From: Bacilli bacterium
Lineage (GTDB): Bacteria; Bacillota_I; Bacilli_A; RFN20; CAG-826
Direction: 5' to 3'
DNA: 64,000 nucleotides
Assembly: GCA_049419605.1 (NCBI GenBank)
Contig: JBMSKF010000002.1
Location: forward strand, 26,026-90,025
Every line of letters begins with the position of its first letter. Position 1 is the first letter of the stretch. Position numbers and translations under genes: made by a program. The notes under the pieces are model-generated. The model worked only from the letters and a program-made list of their open reading frames with translations, ran no database searches and was not told the origin of the DNA. Positions 20,919 through 30,926 of the stretch are shown in pieces.

Positions 20919-21608
20919 TTATCGACGGATATCTTTAACAACCACCACGGGGTGGAGTTTGTTTTTTAGTTGAATTAAGCCAAAACCAATCGCACCAAAA
21001 ATGAACACCAATAAGACCACAATCCCAACGAAGACAAACAAGTTTCCATAGTTATTAGGGTTTACAAAACCATAATTAAAAGCTGGTTCACCATCTTTAA
21101 ACGTGAAGTTTAAACCAATGATTGTGTGAAAAATAAAGTATACAAAAGGATAGATCAATACGGTGATGGCGGTTTTGTTTTTGAGTTCACCATTTCCAGG
21201 AATCATTAAGAACACCATACTCATCAATACCGTGGATAGGTTGTGGTTGAGTAATTCTGAAAGGCTAGAGACTGGATTCCATTGTCCTTGAAGCACAGGA
21301 TTTAAGACAAAAAAGACGATTAAGAAAACGATAAGAGTATTCACTGTGATAATAATGACAACAATCTTCTTGGTTAGCCAATTCACAACACTTTCCCAAT
21401 TAAATACTTTACCCAAACCATACGTCACAGACCATGCGGCCACCATCACATTAGTTTGATACGTAAAGAGATACCAAAATCGCCACCAATCATCTGTTGG
21501 ATCGAGCAAGAAATCTGCTACAAATTTTTCAATTAAAACACCAGTTAACAATAAACCATAGGCGAGAATCACATAGGTAAGCCAATGTTGCTTGAGGGTT
21601 AATTTCAT
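20919..21608 (-). CDS. 6-TM integral membrane protein (possibly Pr6Pr / FAR-17a-AIG1-like)
   Basis: 229 aa and highly hydrophobic. 'FTYQTN' resembles that family's motif. The family call is tentative. Confidence 0.6.
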   Translation of the reverse strand: MKLTLKQHWLTYVILAYGLLLTGVLIEKFVADFLLDPTDDWWRFWYLFTYQTNVMVAAWSVTYGLGKVFNWESVVNWLTKKIVVIIITVNTLIVFLIVFFVLNPVLQGQWNPVSSLSELLNHNLSTVLMSMVFLMIPGNGELKNKTAITVLIYPFVYFIFHTIIGLNFTFKDGEPAFNYGFVNPNNYGNLFVFVGIVVLLVFIFGAIGFGLIQLKNKLHPVVVVKDIRR

Positions 21609-21675
21609 AAAACCCCTCCTTTTACTTCCATCATTATAAAACTTAACTATTTTTTTACAAACACGCTCTTTTTCG

Positions 21676-21704
21676 TTGCAACCTTCATAGAAGGATGTTA
21701 ATAT
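21676..21704 (+). promoter_or_regulatory. Putative promoter of rpmE
   Basis: TTGCAA (21676-21681), a 17-nt spacer, then TAATAT (21699-21704), about 55 nt upstream of the rpmE ATG. Confidence 0.55.
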
Positions 21705-21760
21705 TTCTAAGCACTTACTTTAAATCCAAAAGTGATTTAAGGCGGAAGGGAGCACATCCA

Positions 21761-21964
21761 ATGAAACAAGGCATTCACCCAAACTATAAGCAAGTTAAAG
21801 TCACTTGCATTAGCTGCGGTAACACCTTTGAAGCGGGATCGATTCTAGAAGAAGTTCGGGTTGACACGTGCGCAAACTGCCACCCATTCTTTACTGGTAA
21901 AGATCGCAACACCAAGATTGACGGTCGCGTTGATCGCTTCAACAAACGTTACGCTAAAAAGTAA
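21761..21964 (+). CDS. rpmE: 50S ribosomal protein L31 (zinc-binding type A)
   Basis: '[14 protein letters not shown]', with 'CISCGN' and '[10 protein letters not shown]' cysteine pairs. I chose the ATG at 21761, which follows a GGAAGGGAG Shine-Dalgarno. Confidence 0.92.
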   Translation: MKQGIHPNYKQVKVTCISCGNTFEAGSILEEVRVDTCANCHPFFTGKDRNTKIDGRVDRFNKRYAKK

Positions 21965-21976
21965 ATCAAAGTATCA

Positions 21977-22010
21977 AAACCACTTTCTAAGAAGAGAGTG
22001 GTTTTTTTCT
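21977..22010 (+). terminator. Rho-independent terminator after rpmE
   Basis: AAACCACTTTC pairs with GAGAGTGGTTT (one G-U pair, 6-nt loop), followed by a T-run. Confidence 0.75.
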
Positions 22011-22024
22011 TTATAATAAGAATC

Positions 22025-23611
22025 ATGAAAACAAAATTCTATATCACTACTCCGATTTATTATCCTAGTGCAAAATTACACATTGGTCACGCATACTCAA
22101 CTGTGGTGACGGATGTCTTTGCCCGTTATAAACGTCTAGCAGGTGTTCCCACCTATTTTTTAACTGGCACGGATGAACATGGTCAAAAGATTCAAGAAAC
22201 TGCAGAAAAGAATCATAAAACTCCTCAACAATTTGTGGATGATGTTGTGGTCGGTATTAAAGACCTTTGGGCCAAGATGCATATTAGTTACGATGATTTT
22301 ATTCGCACGACAGAACCACGTCACGAAATTGTTGTTCAACAAATCTTTAGTCAATTGTTAAAGCAAGACGATATTTATCTTTCTAAGTACCAAGGCTGGT
22401 ACTGTACATTTTGTGAATCCTTTTGGACGGATACACAAATTGGTGAAGCGAAAGTTTGCCCAGATTGTAAACGAGCCGTTCATCCAGAAGCCGAAGATGC
22501 TTATTTCTTTAGAATGAGTAAGTATGCAGATCGCTTAATGGATTATTATCAAAAAAATCCTTTATTCATTACTCCAGAATCTCGTAAGAACGAAATGATT
22601 AATACGTTTATCAAACCAGGACTTGAAGATCTTTGTGTATCGCGAACCTCTTTTTCTTGGGGTGTTAAAGTAAAAGAAGATCCACGCCATGTGGTGTATG
22701 TTTGGTTAGATGCCCTGACGAATTACATTACCGCACTCGGTTATGGCAGTGCGAATCCATCCTTATATGAAAAGTTTTGGAAAGATCCACAATCCGAAGT
22801 CATTCATATTGTGGGTAGTGATATTACAAGATTCCACGTTATCTATTGGCCCATCTTTTTAATGGCGCTTGGTTTACGTTTACCCGATCGCGTTTTTGCC
22901 CATGGATTATTAATGATGAGAGATGCGAAAATGTCGAAATCTAAAGGAAACGTTATTGACCCTTTACCACTCATGGAAAAATATGGTGTTGATACCGTTC
23001 GTTATTATTTGGTGAGAGAAACTGTATTTGGTGGTGATGGTCAATTTAGTCCAGAGCAATTTGTGGAACGTGTTAACACGGATTTAGCAAATGATTTTGG
23101 TAATTTACTCAATAGAACCATTAACATGGTGAATAAATATTTCCAAGGTGTCGTTCCTGATTACGATGCACCTATTTCAGAATTTGATCGTCAATTGGCT
23201 TCTTTGACGAGTCAAACCATTGAAGATTATCAAACCTTGATGAATCAACTTTTGATTACGGAAGCCTATGCCAAAGTTAACCAATTGGTTGCCCGCGCGA
23301 ATAAGTATATTGACGAAACGCAACCCTGGAACTTAGCCAAAGATCCAAGTAAATTAAAATCTTTGCAAGTCGTGATGCATCAATTGATTTATTCGTTATA
23401 TGTGGCAGGCACGCTATACCAACCTATTTTGGTTACTACCTCGGATGCATTCTTTCTTCAACTTGGTGTAAAAGCAAAACCATCTATTCAATCAGCTTCT
23501 AACCCCAATGTGGTCAATGGATTAAAACTGAATCCACCAACCCCACTATTTCCAAGACTAGACCCTTTAATCGAAGTTCCTTTTATTCAATCCACGATTA
23601 TTAAAAAATAA
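22025..23611 (+). CDS. metG: Methionyl-tRNA synthetase (short form, no C-terminal tRNA-binding domain)
   Basis: The 'HIGH' motif appears as 'KLHIGHAYS' and 'KMSKS' as 'AKMSKSKGN'. A zinc knuckle reads 'CTFCESF...CPDC'. I chose the ATG at 22025. Confidence 0.95.
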   Translation: MKTKFYITTPIYYPSAKLHIGHAYSTVVTDVFARYKRLAGVPTYFLTGTDEHGQKIQETAEKNHKTPQQFVDDVVVGIKDLWAKMHISYDDFIRTTEPRHEIVVQQIFSQLLKQDDIYLSKYQGWYCTFCESFWTDTQIGEAKVCPDCKRAVHPEAEDAYFFRMSKYADRLMDYYQKNPLFITPESRKNEMINTFIKPGLEDLCVSRTSFSWGVKVKEDPRHVVYVWLDALTNYITALGYGSANPSLYEKFWKDPQSEVIHIVGSDITRFHVIYWPIFLMALGLRLPDRVFAHGLLMMRDAKMSKSKGNVIDPLPLMEKYGVDTVRYYLVRETVFGGDGQFSPEQFVERVNTDLANDFGNLLNRTINMVNKYFQGVVPDYDAPISEFDRQLASLTSQTIEDYQTLMNQLLITEAYAKVNQLVARANKYIDETQPWNLAKDPSKLKSLQVVMHQLIYSLYVAGTLYQPILVTTSDAFFLQLGVKAKPSIQSASNPNVVNGLKLNPPTPLFPRLDPLIEVPFIQSTIIKK

Positions 23612-25714
23612 CTAAGATTTGATTTTACTCTCTATATTACTTGTATCGATGATTGGCATCTCAATGGTGCGATTGTTTTTCTCATCAATGGTGTCTACCA
23701 CACTAAATGGTGTGTTTTGAATAATTTGATACAAGTGATCCATCGTGTGGAAGTAAGGATAAATTAAATCTGCATCCGAGAAACTAAATTCCAAGTCGTG
23801 CACTAATTTTTCGTGTAATTCAAATAAACCTTCAAAGGACGTTAAACGTGCATCTTTTTTGAGTTGATGATCCACATAATGCTTTGTCATCACCATTTCT
23901 TCAATGCTCATAGGAATGTAACCTTGGGTCATTTGATTCGCGGTCCAACGCAAGTGTTCTTGGCGAGCAAGCAAGTTACGAATTTTTTTCGCAACCGGTT
24001 TATATCGGTTAAGGTCTGCATCATTCTTGGCGCGGGGATGAACTTGATGGAATCGAGATTGTTCATCTTCATCATATCGTTTCATGAATTTATTTTCTGA
24101 TAAACCCTTGGGTTGTGGTGCTAAATCTAACCCCATTAAATTTAATTTAAAACGAAGACTGATAGCCTCATAGAGTAAGTTTTCTTTTTCTTGCGAAAGC
24201 AATGTATCAAAGGGTTTATTTGGATTGAGAGAAGCGTGTATGTTTTTTGCGATTTGAGTAAACACTGGATTGATAATTTGATTTAACGAATAACCATAAT
24301 CACCAAAACCAAACGCAATCACACTAGGGTGTTTAAATAATTGACTGGTTTGTTGATAGTCTCGATTGAGGATTTGTACAAAGATTTGAAACTTTTGTAA
24401 TCGTTTTTCGATTATCCAACTCAGAACTTGTTGAAGCACTCTGAGATTGGTGACATCGTCATCAAAGGCTACAACGAAGATTTGATAGTCATCATTTTTG
24501 GAAAGACTTGATGACACCACATCTAGATAACGACTATCTTGAAAAGTTGTGTTGATGGTTTTTGTTTCTGCAGAAAGCGGTGGCAATGGTAAATAGTCAC
24601 GTTTTTGGATGGAAGGAACTGCAAAGGTTTTGATCGTGCCACCATTGACTAACGGATCGCGGTATATGTGGTAAGTGATAGGAGGATTTGCATAGTTGGT
24701 AAATTCTTTTCCGAAGAATTTCGACGCTTTGGGTGGGAATTGATTGGTGACAAAGAGATGACGATAAATTTCTTCGTTGGTTTGACCAAATCCTAGTAAA
24801 TGATATTTAATGCTGACGTCTTCCAAAGTCGCTTTTTCAAAGTTAATCATCGTCTTTGGTAAATAAGAAGTTAATGGATACTCAAGAACAAGTTGCTGTG
24901 CAATTAATTGGTGGTAAGAGAAAAATCTAATTTTTTGTTTTTCCTGACTAAAAGATTCGTAAATAGGGAGATGTTGTTTATCTTGATATAACAGATAACT
25001 TTTTAATTTGCTGTTGGGGTTTTGTTGATAATATCGATTGAGCTTTTCCACCAACGCCATCACGTCTGTATCTTTGGTTAATAAACTGACCAGTGTGGTT
25101 TCTTGTTGTTTAGAGCCGATTAACGATTCTAGTTTTTGGCTAGACACATCGAAATTGGTAAAACCAGGTTTAAAAGCATACTTTGTATTGATTTCTTTGT
25201 TTGTTAATAATGCTTTAGGTAACGCCACATTAATGAGTTTTGTGTGGCGGTTTTTCTTAGCTTCCTTTTCAAATGACTTCAAGAGATAAGTTAATTTATC
25301 ATCATCCGCTAAAACTAAATAATGGGGTCGTTGTTGGATGAGAAAGAATCTCATTTTTAAAGCGAGATTATTAAAAAATACTGCAAAAATTAAAATATAT
25401 GTGTAGCCAAATCCGATGACATGGATTGCATAGGCTGACAAAAGAAAGAGTAAGTCGTTATTGATACGATTACTAATTTCAGTGGTACGAAAGATTCCCC
25501 TTAAGATTGCGGTCGTATTACCGAAAGCTTTAAGGACCAAATCCACCGTGTTTAATGTTTCTCCATTTCCAATTAATCCATAAGTGTAAAGGGCAACACC
25601 AAGGACAATCACACCTAAAAAGAAGTGAAATTTATATTTGGCGAGATCAAGATAGATCATCGCACCAATCAACCCCAATGTTCCAATAAATAACAATAAA
25701 GAAATAAAGTCCAT
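23612..25714 (-). CDS. Unknown membrane protein: N-terminal TM bundle, two Rossmann/RCK-like segments and a C-terminal RyR-like helical motif
   Basis: 700 aa from 'MDFISLL'. It has 3-4 N-terminal TM helices. 'LLGFGQTNEEIYRHL' is encoded at about 24769-24797. 'ARQEHLRWTANQMTQGY' is encoded at about 23915-23975. Its start overlaps the stop of the upstream ORF (TAATG). Confidence 0.7.
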   Translation of the reverse strand: MDFISLLLFIGTLGLIGAMIYLDLAKYKFHFFLGVIVLGVALYTYGLIGNGETLNTVDLVLKAFGNTTAILRGIFRTTEISNRINNDLLFLLSAYAIHVIGFGYTYILIFAVFFNNLALKMRFFLIQQRPHYLVLADDDKLTYLLKSFEKEAKKNRHTKLINVALPKALLTNKEINTKYAFKPGFTNFDVSSQKLESLIGSKQQETTLVSLLTKDTDVMALVEKLNRYYQQNPNSKLKSYLLYQDKQHLPIYESFSQEKQKIRFFSYHQLIAQQLVLEYPLTSYLPKTMINFEKATLEDVSIKYHLLGFGQTNEEIYRHLFVTNQFPPKASKFFGKEFTNYANPPITYHIYRDPLVNGGTIKTFAVPSIQKRDYLPLPPLSAETKTINTTFQDSRYLDVVSSSLSKNDDYQIFVVAFDDDVTNLRVLQQVLSWIIEKRLQKFQIFVQILNRDYQQTSQLFKHPSVIAFGFGDYGYSLNQIINPVFTQIAKNIHASLNPNKPFDTLLSQEKENLLYEAISLRFKLNLMGLDLAPQPKGLSENKFMKRYDEDEQSRFHQVHPRAKNDADLNRYKPVAKKIRNLLARQEHLRWTANQMTQGYIPMSIEEMVMTKHYVDHQLKKDARLTSFEGLFELHEKLVHDLEFSFSDADLIYPYFHTMDHLYQIIQNTPFSVVDTIDEKNNRTIEMPIIDTSNIESKIKS

Positions 25715-27021
25715 TATTGAATCCACCCCGCAATTTGGACACCCAAATATATTAATAAACCAGCAACAAGTAGAACCACCAATAACTTCCAGTGCGTAAA
25801 GATCCAACGAACAATCTTATAAATAAAGCCCGTTGCTCCAAAAATAAATTTGATAGGGGTTGCGATGACCTTACCCATGGTTTTAAGTAACATCATTAAA
25901 CGATGCCGAACTCTCGGTAATCTTGCTTTCTTATCTGATTCGTAAACCAAACTTAGAACTGGCACTGCGTAACGATGACCTTTTTCTTGATACGTTAAAT
26001 GATAAATCCTCACTTTGGATAAGGTTGTTTCTTCATAGTCATAATCTGTTCCGTTTGACCTTTGAAGCGTGGCTTGGCTATAGCGATAACCAAATTTAGG
26101 TCCAATAACAAGGACATAAGTAAAGTTATGGGTTTGTTTTTCTTTGAGTTTTACTTGATCATTAATTTTATAAATGGATTGATAACGGTATTGTTTGTAA
26201 GAGAAGAAGTTTTGGATTAAATTCCAATCTGATTTTTCACCCGTTTCAATTTTACGTGGCTCTTTTGCAATGGTTTCTTTTTTTTCTAGAGTAAACGTTT
26301 CCCCGTCTAAAGTAGGATCAACGTCAGTGGTATTGGTGACTTTTTTCGCTTGATAAACATACCGACTTTCTTGATAATTAACCTTCATTTCAACGATATC
26401 TTCAGGAACAAAATATTTTTTTTGTTTTGTGTCAAAAAGGTTAAAGGCAACATAATATAGTTTGGTTGCCTTTGCTTTTAAGGATGAAATATCGCGATAA
26501 AAAAAAGGTCGACCTAATAAATCTTCAACTTTGTTTTGGACTGTCGACATGTCAATTATGTCGTAAAGCAATTCACCTTCTAGTTGGGTTTGAAAATATT
26601 TTTTTGAATCATAATAATACTGATCGTTTAAGATTCCAAAGATATGCTCTTCTTTCACTGTTGATGTGGTTCTTTTTAACACATCATCAATAAATACATA
26701 TTCGGAAATATCAAGCTTACCCGGTTTAAACGGAGCAGGGATAACATATTTATGAACAAAACCTTCCTCGTCTTGTATTTGAACACCATAACGATGTTTA
26801 TTGATCACTATTTCTGTTAAATACTGACCACTTTGAGGTAAATAAAAAAAGATGACCAATTCTTTTTTGTTTTCAAATAAACCTAAGATCGTTGCATGGA
26901 TTAGTGAGGCTTTGGTGTCGCGATATTTTTTTAAATCTAAATTGATTAGCAAAGCATCTTCAATTAAAGGAGAGTAACGATCCAATTTAAATTTGTTGAG
27001 AAGGATAGTTTCGTCTTTCAT
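25714..27021 (-). CDS. Unknown tail-anchored protein (soluble ~370 aa plus a C-terminal TM helix)
   Basis: 435 aa ending in 'WKLLVVLLVAGLLIYLGVQIAGW'. I recognise no family. TATAAT lies 6 nt upstream of the ATG and there is no Shine-Dalgarno. Confidence 0.65.
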   Translation of the reverse strand: MKDETILLNKFKLDRYSPLIEDALLINLDLKKYRDTKASLIHATILGLFENKKELVIFFYLPQSGQYLTEIVINKHRYGVQIQDEEGFVHKYVIPAPFKPGKLDISEYVFIDDVLKRTTSTVKEEHIFGILNDQYYYDSKKYFQTQLEGELLYDIIDMSTVQNKVEDLLGRPFFYRDISSLKAKATKLYYVAFNLFDTKQKKYFVPEDIVEMKVNYQESRYVYQAKKVTNTTDVDPTLDGETFTLEKKETIAKEPRKIETGEKSDWNLIQNFFSYKQYRYQSIYKINDQVKLKEKQTHNFTYVLVIGPKFGYRYSQATLQRSNGTDYDYEETTLSKVRIYHLTYQEKGHRYAVPVLSLVYESDKKARLPRVRHRLMMLLKTMGKVIATPIKFIFGATGFIYKIVRWIFTHWKLLVVLLVAGLLIYLGVQIAGWIQ

Positions 27022-27118
27022 GCTTTTATTATACTCGATTCAATCTTGCAAAAATTCTTAATTATTGACAATTTAATTAAAAAAATAGACTACTCGTTAT
27101 AATGAATAAGAGGTGTTT

Positions 27119-27850
27119 ATGAAACTATATCAACATTCAAAAAACTTTATTGAGATTGCTTGGCAAGACCAACAACCAAGGCCATTCTTGCTTATTCTTC
27201 CTGGTGGTGGATATGAATACACCTCCTGGCGAGAAGCCCAACCCGTTGTAAATGCTTTTGCTAGCGAATCCTATCACACCGGAATCTATTATTACCGAGA
27301 AGAAAAACTCCTTCACCCACACACCCACATTGAAGCAAAAGAATTGATTGAACAATTAAGAAAAGATCCCCGAGTCAATAAAATTTATCTTGTTGGTTTT
27401 TCTGCAGGTGGACACTTTGCTGCAACCATCATGACTTATTATCCACACTTGGTGAATGCTGGGGTGCTAGCCTATGCGCCCATTACCTCCGACATTAAAT
27501 ACCGACATCTAGGATCTTTAATGAATTTATTGGGACCCGATATTACTAAAGAAAAAGCCGCTGAGGTTTCTTTAGATTTACACGTGACAAAGGAAACCCC
27601 ACCATGTTTTATTTTTCACACACAAGATGATGCGATAGTCCATGTTGAAAATGCTCTGATGTTTGCGGAAGCACTTAGAAAGAACAAAGTTCCGTTCGCC
27701 CTTCATGTTTACCCAGAAGGTTTACACGGCTTCTCAGTAGGAAGTGACGATGTTGCTTATAGCGAATACTCATTAGAAGAATTCCAGCAACGATTTGCTT
27801 ACATGAAAGAATGGGTTGAACTCGCAAAGAAGTTTTTACGTAGATATTAG
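27119..27850 (+). CDS. Alpha/beta hydrolase (esterase/lipase-type)
   Basis: Nucleophile elbow 'GFSAGGH', a late 'DD' and 'H' ('HTQDDAIV', 'EGLHGF'). I chose the ATG at 27119, which follows an AAGAGG Shine-Dalgarno. Confidence 0.8.
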   Translation: MKLYQHSKNFIEIAWQDQQPRPFLLILPGGGYEYTSWREAQPVVNAFASESYHTGIYYYREEKLLHPHTHIEAKELIEQLRKDPRVNKIYLVGFSAGGHFAATIMTYYPHLVNAGVLAYAPITSDIKYRHLGSLMNLLGPDITKEKAAEVSLDLHVTKETPPCFIFHTQDDAIVHVENALMFAEALRKNKVPFALHVYPEGLHGFSVGSDDVAYSEYSLEEFQQRFAYMKEWVELAKKFLRRY

Positions 27851-28266
27851 TCCTTAAACTTCACGCCGTTCGCATCACGATTGATCTCACCAGTGAAAAT
27901 TTGAATACCTTCAATAAAAGCCCATAACCAAGAAATAATCGGTCCGATAAACAAGATAGAACCCACCGTACTTAAAATTAACTGAATAATGCCGCGTTGT
28001 GTGTATCCTAAATAAAAATTATGTATACCTAACCCACCAACAAAGATAGCAAGCAAACCTGCAACTAGTTTTGATTTCGGTTCTTGCATCGGGTTTGGAT
28101 TAGGATTACTTTCAGTCGATTGTTGACGTTTAACATCCTTTTCATCCATCACTTCTGGTTGAATTGGTTTTTCTTTGTTTTGAAATGGATTGTTCATGTC
28201 CGCGCCACACCAACCACAAAACTTGGTTTTATCTTGGGTTTCTCTACCACATTTTGGACATTTCAT
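27847..28266 (-). CDS. Zinc-ribbon / TM2-domain membrane protein
   Basis: N-terminal 'CPKCG...CGWCG' and a C-terminal TM2 domain 'LLAIFVGGLGIHNFYLGYTQRGIIQLIL'. Confidence 0.8.
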   Translation of the reverse strand: MKCPKCGRETQDKTKFCGWCGADMNNPFQNKEKPIQPEVMDEKDVKRQQSTESNPNPNPMQEPKSKLVAGLLAIFVGGLGIHNFYLGYTQRGIIQLILSTVGSILFIGPIISWLWAFIEGIQIFTGEINRDANGVKFKD

Positions 28267-28301
28267 TCTAAGTACCTCTACACAAAGTATAATATGAATG
28301 C

Positions 28302-29045
28302 ATGCAAATCAAAGTGATGACTTTTAATCTCAGAATTGATGTACCTGTCGATGGACCTCATCAATGGCGATTTCGCATTACCTCAGTTCTTGCCATGATT
28401 GAAAAACATAACCCCGATATCTTAATGCTTCAAGAAACGACACCCGCCATGCTTGCAGATATCAAACAATTAGAAAATAAATACGGCTATTATTACATGG
28501 GTCGCAATCAAGATTTACAAGGTGAAGGTTGTCCGATTTATTACAAAAAACAAGACTATCGCATTAAAGCAGCTGATACCATTTGGTTAAGTCAAACTCC
28601 AAGAACCCCTGGATCAATGGATCCTGAAGAAGGTTTTCCAAGAATTGCATCAATGATCGTTTTGCAACACACCGATGGAAAACTATTACGTTTCTTGAAC
28701 ACCCATTTAGCTTATCGTTCTTCGAGAGCAAAAGATATCAATCTAAAAGTTTTATTTGATTTCATACAATCCTTTCCAGAAAGAATCCCAACCATTTTGG
28801 GTGGAGATTTTAATGAAGATGCAGCTAAAATTAAAAAGTATATGCCGCGCGATTTACAATTTGCACCGTCTTTAGATTTAGGTAATACATATCATGAATT
28901 CAAAGGTGGAAATGGTATTTCCCAAATTGATTACCTCCTTTATCAAGAAGGTTTACAATCGAAAGATGTGGTGGTTGATCGTAGTCAATTCTTTCAACAA
29001 TTACCATCTGACCATTATCCGGTCATAGGAGTCTTTACATTATGA
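28302..29045 (+). CDS. Endonuclease/exonuclease/phosphatase (EEP) family protein
   Basis: 'MTFNLR', 'LQE', 'GGDFN' and 'SDHYPV', the characteristic EEP motifs. Confidence 0.85.
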   Translation: MQIKVMTFNLRIDVPVDGPHQWRFRITSVLAMIEKHNPDILMLQETTPAMLADIKQLENKYGYYYMGRNQDLQGEGCPIYYKKQDYRIKAADTIWLSQTPRTPGSMDPEEGFPRIASMIVLQHTDGKLLRFLNTHLAYRSSRAKDINLKVLFDFIQSFPERIPTILGGDFNEDAAKIKKYMPRDLQFAPSLDLGNTYHEFKGGNGISQIDYLLYQEGLQSKDVVVDRSQFFQQLPSDHYPVIGVFTL

Positions 29046-30412
29046 ACTCAAGTCGTCACATCAAAGGCGTTTGTATCGACTATACCCATGATGGCAAGGG
29101 TGTTGTTAAACACGAAGGTTTACCAATCTTTGTCCCATATTTACTCATGGGAGAAGAAGCGGAAATTCTTATTACCAATAATCGTGGAAAGTATGCAGAA
29201 GGAAAAATTACCAAACGGTTAACCACGTCACCGCAACGTGTCACTCCACCTTGCCAATATTATGAAGTGTGTGGTGGATGCCAACTTCAACACCTTTCTT
29301 ATCAAGAACAACTAAAGATGAAAAAGATGAGGGTGGCAGAAGTCTTAAGGCGCATGGGTGATTATAACGGTAAAGTCGATGACATCATTCCTAGTGATAA
29401 ACCACTTCATTATCGCAACAAAGTTCAATTTCCTTTTGGTCATGATGAACGTGGCAACTTAATCGCCGGACTATATCAACAAGGTAGCCATCGCATTATT
29501 GACATTGATGAATGTTTAATTGAAAACACAGAAGCTGATCAAATCGTTCGCTTAGTCAAAAAACTTTGTATTGAACATCATATTGAAGCGTACGATCAAA
29601 AATATCGTAAAGGATTTATGCGACATGTGATGGTAAGAAAAGGGATTGTTACCAATCAACTGATGGTGGTGCTCGTCACCGGTAAAATAAATTTTCCCGA
29701 AAGAAAAATCTTTGTTGATGCGCTTTTAAAAGCTTTTCCCAATATTCGTACGATTGTGCAAAACATTAATCCTGAATTTACCGATGTGGTCTTGGGATAT
29801 CGTGAACATATTTTATTTGGAGATGGATTTATTGAAGACGAATTATCCGGGCTTAAATTTAAGATTGCTGCAAAATCCTTTTTCCAAGTCAATCCATTCC
29901 AAACCGAAAAACTTTATGCTCGAGCATTATCGATTGCAAATCTCACCCCAACGGATGTTGTGCTGGATGCATACTCTGGGGTTGGTACGATTACCTTATT
30001 AGCGGCAAAACAAGCCAAACATGTTACCGGTGTTGAGATTGTTAGAGACGCGGTGTTGAATGCTATTGAAAACGCTAAGTTAAATGAAATAAGAAATGTT
30101 TCGTTCATAGAGGCGGATGCTGCACCTTATCTTGTGGAGCGAGCTGCAAAAGGAAAGACCTATGATGTTTTATTTGTGGATCCACCTCGAAATGGTTGTG
30201 AAGAGGGGTTCCTTAGATCGGTGAAAGTTATTAAACCAAAACGATTTGTTTATATTTCGTGTGAGCCTTCTTCGCTTGCAAGAGATATCAAATATTTATC
30301 TGATACTTATGAAGTAAAGTATGTTCAGCCTGTTGATATGTTTTCGCAAACCTATCATGTTGAAACCGTCGTATTACTAACATTAAAAAATGAAATTTCA
30401 CAAACCTCATAA
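29042..30412 (+). CDS. rlmCD: 23S rRNA (uracil-C5)-methyltransferase, RlmCD/RumA family
   Basis: A TRAM N-domain, the Fe-S cluster cysteines 'CQYYEVCGGCQLQH', the SAM motif 'LDAYSGVGT' and the catalytic 'ISCEP'. Confidence 0.9.
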   Translation: MNSSRHIKGVCIDYTHDGKGVVKHEGLPIFVPYLLMGEEAEILITNNRGKYAEGKITKRLTTSPQRVTPPCQYYEVCGGCQLQHLSYQEQLKMKKMRVAEVLRRMGDYNGKVDDIIPSDKPLHYRNKVQFPFGHDERGNLIAGLYQQGSHRIIDIDECLIENTEADQIVRLVKKLCIEHHIEAYDQKYRKGFMRHVMVRKGIVTNQLMVVLVTGKINFPERKIFVDALLKAFPNIRTIVQNINPEFTDVVLGYREHILFGDGFIEDELSGLKFKIAAKSFFQVNPFQTEKLYARALSIANLTPTDVVLDAYSGVGTITLLAAKQAKHVTGVEIVRDAVLNAIENAKLNEIRNVSFIEADAAPYLVERAAKGKTYDVLFVDPPRNGCEEGFLRSVKVIKPKRFVYISCEPSSLARDIKYLSDTYEVKYVQPVDMFSQTYHVETVVLLTLKNEISQTS

Positions 30413-30926
30413 AATATTACTTAATTCCAGTCTAGCTTTTTTTACGTTTATTCTGGTTAGCCACTATGGTTTTTATGCAGTAACCGATGATATGTATTTA
30501 AATTATGAATTGCTCAATATTTTTCCTATCATTCATATGTTTTGGGGTCTTTGGTTTATTATTTTTTCCTTGTTTTTGATTTTTCAACTAAATAAAAGCA
30601 AATATTTTATTGTGCCCCTTGTTATCTTCTTTTCTCTTGCTAACCTTTTAGTAGGAATCCTTCGTCTTGATCGACACTACGAGGTTATAAGAAATGACAA
30701 TCACAAAATCTACGTTGAGCAATATCAGTTTTTGTGGGTAAGAACTTATTATTTTTACTATGAAGTGAATGCTCTATATTCCGTTTATATAAACTATATC
30801 AGTGAAGATGAAAGCGAATCGTCGTATGAACTTGTGGGTGACCAACTTATTTTACGTGAATTTAAAACCGAACCCTATGAACTCTTCGAAGAAAAAACTA
30901 TCGATTTGTTATCATTAGTAGGATGA
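30390..30926 (+). CDS. Membrane protein of unknown function
   Basis: 178 aa with 3 N-terminal TM helices and a soluble tail. It overlaps both neighbours. Confidence 0.6.
   Translation: MKFHKPHKILLNSSLAFFTFILVSHYGFYAVTDDMYLNYELLNIFPIIHMFWGLWFIIFSLFLIFQLNKSKYFIVPLVIFFSLANLLVGILRLDRHYEVIRNDNHKIYVEQYQFLWVRTYYFYYEVNALYSVYINYISEDESESSYELVGDQLILREFKTEPYELFEEKTIDLLSLVG

Noticed and set aside
25403-25417. 'IGFGY' in the third TM helix of 23612-25714 as a possible K+-channel selectivity filter, which would fit the RCK-like domains
   Set aside because: The motif sits inside a continuous hydrophobic helix with no preceding pore helix, no Thr at the T-x-G-x-G position and no following Asp. It is not a credible filter on sequence alone.
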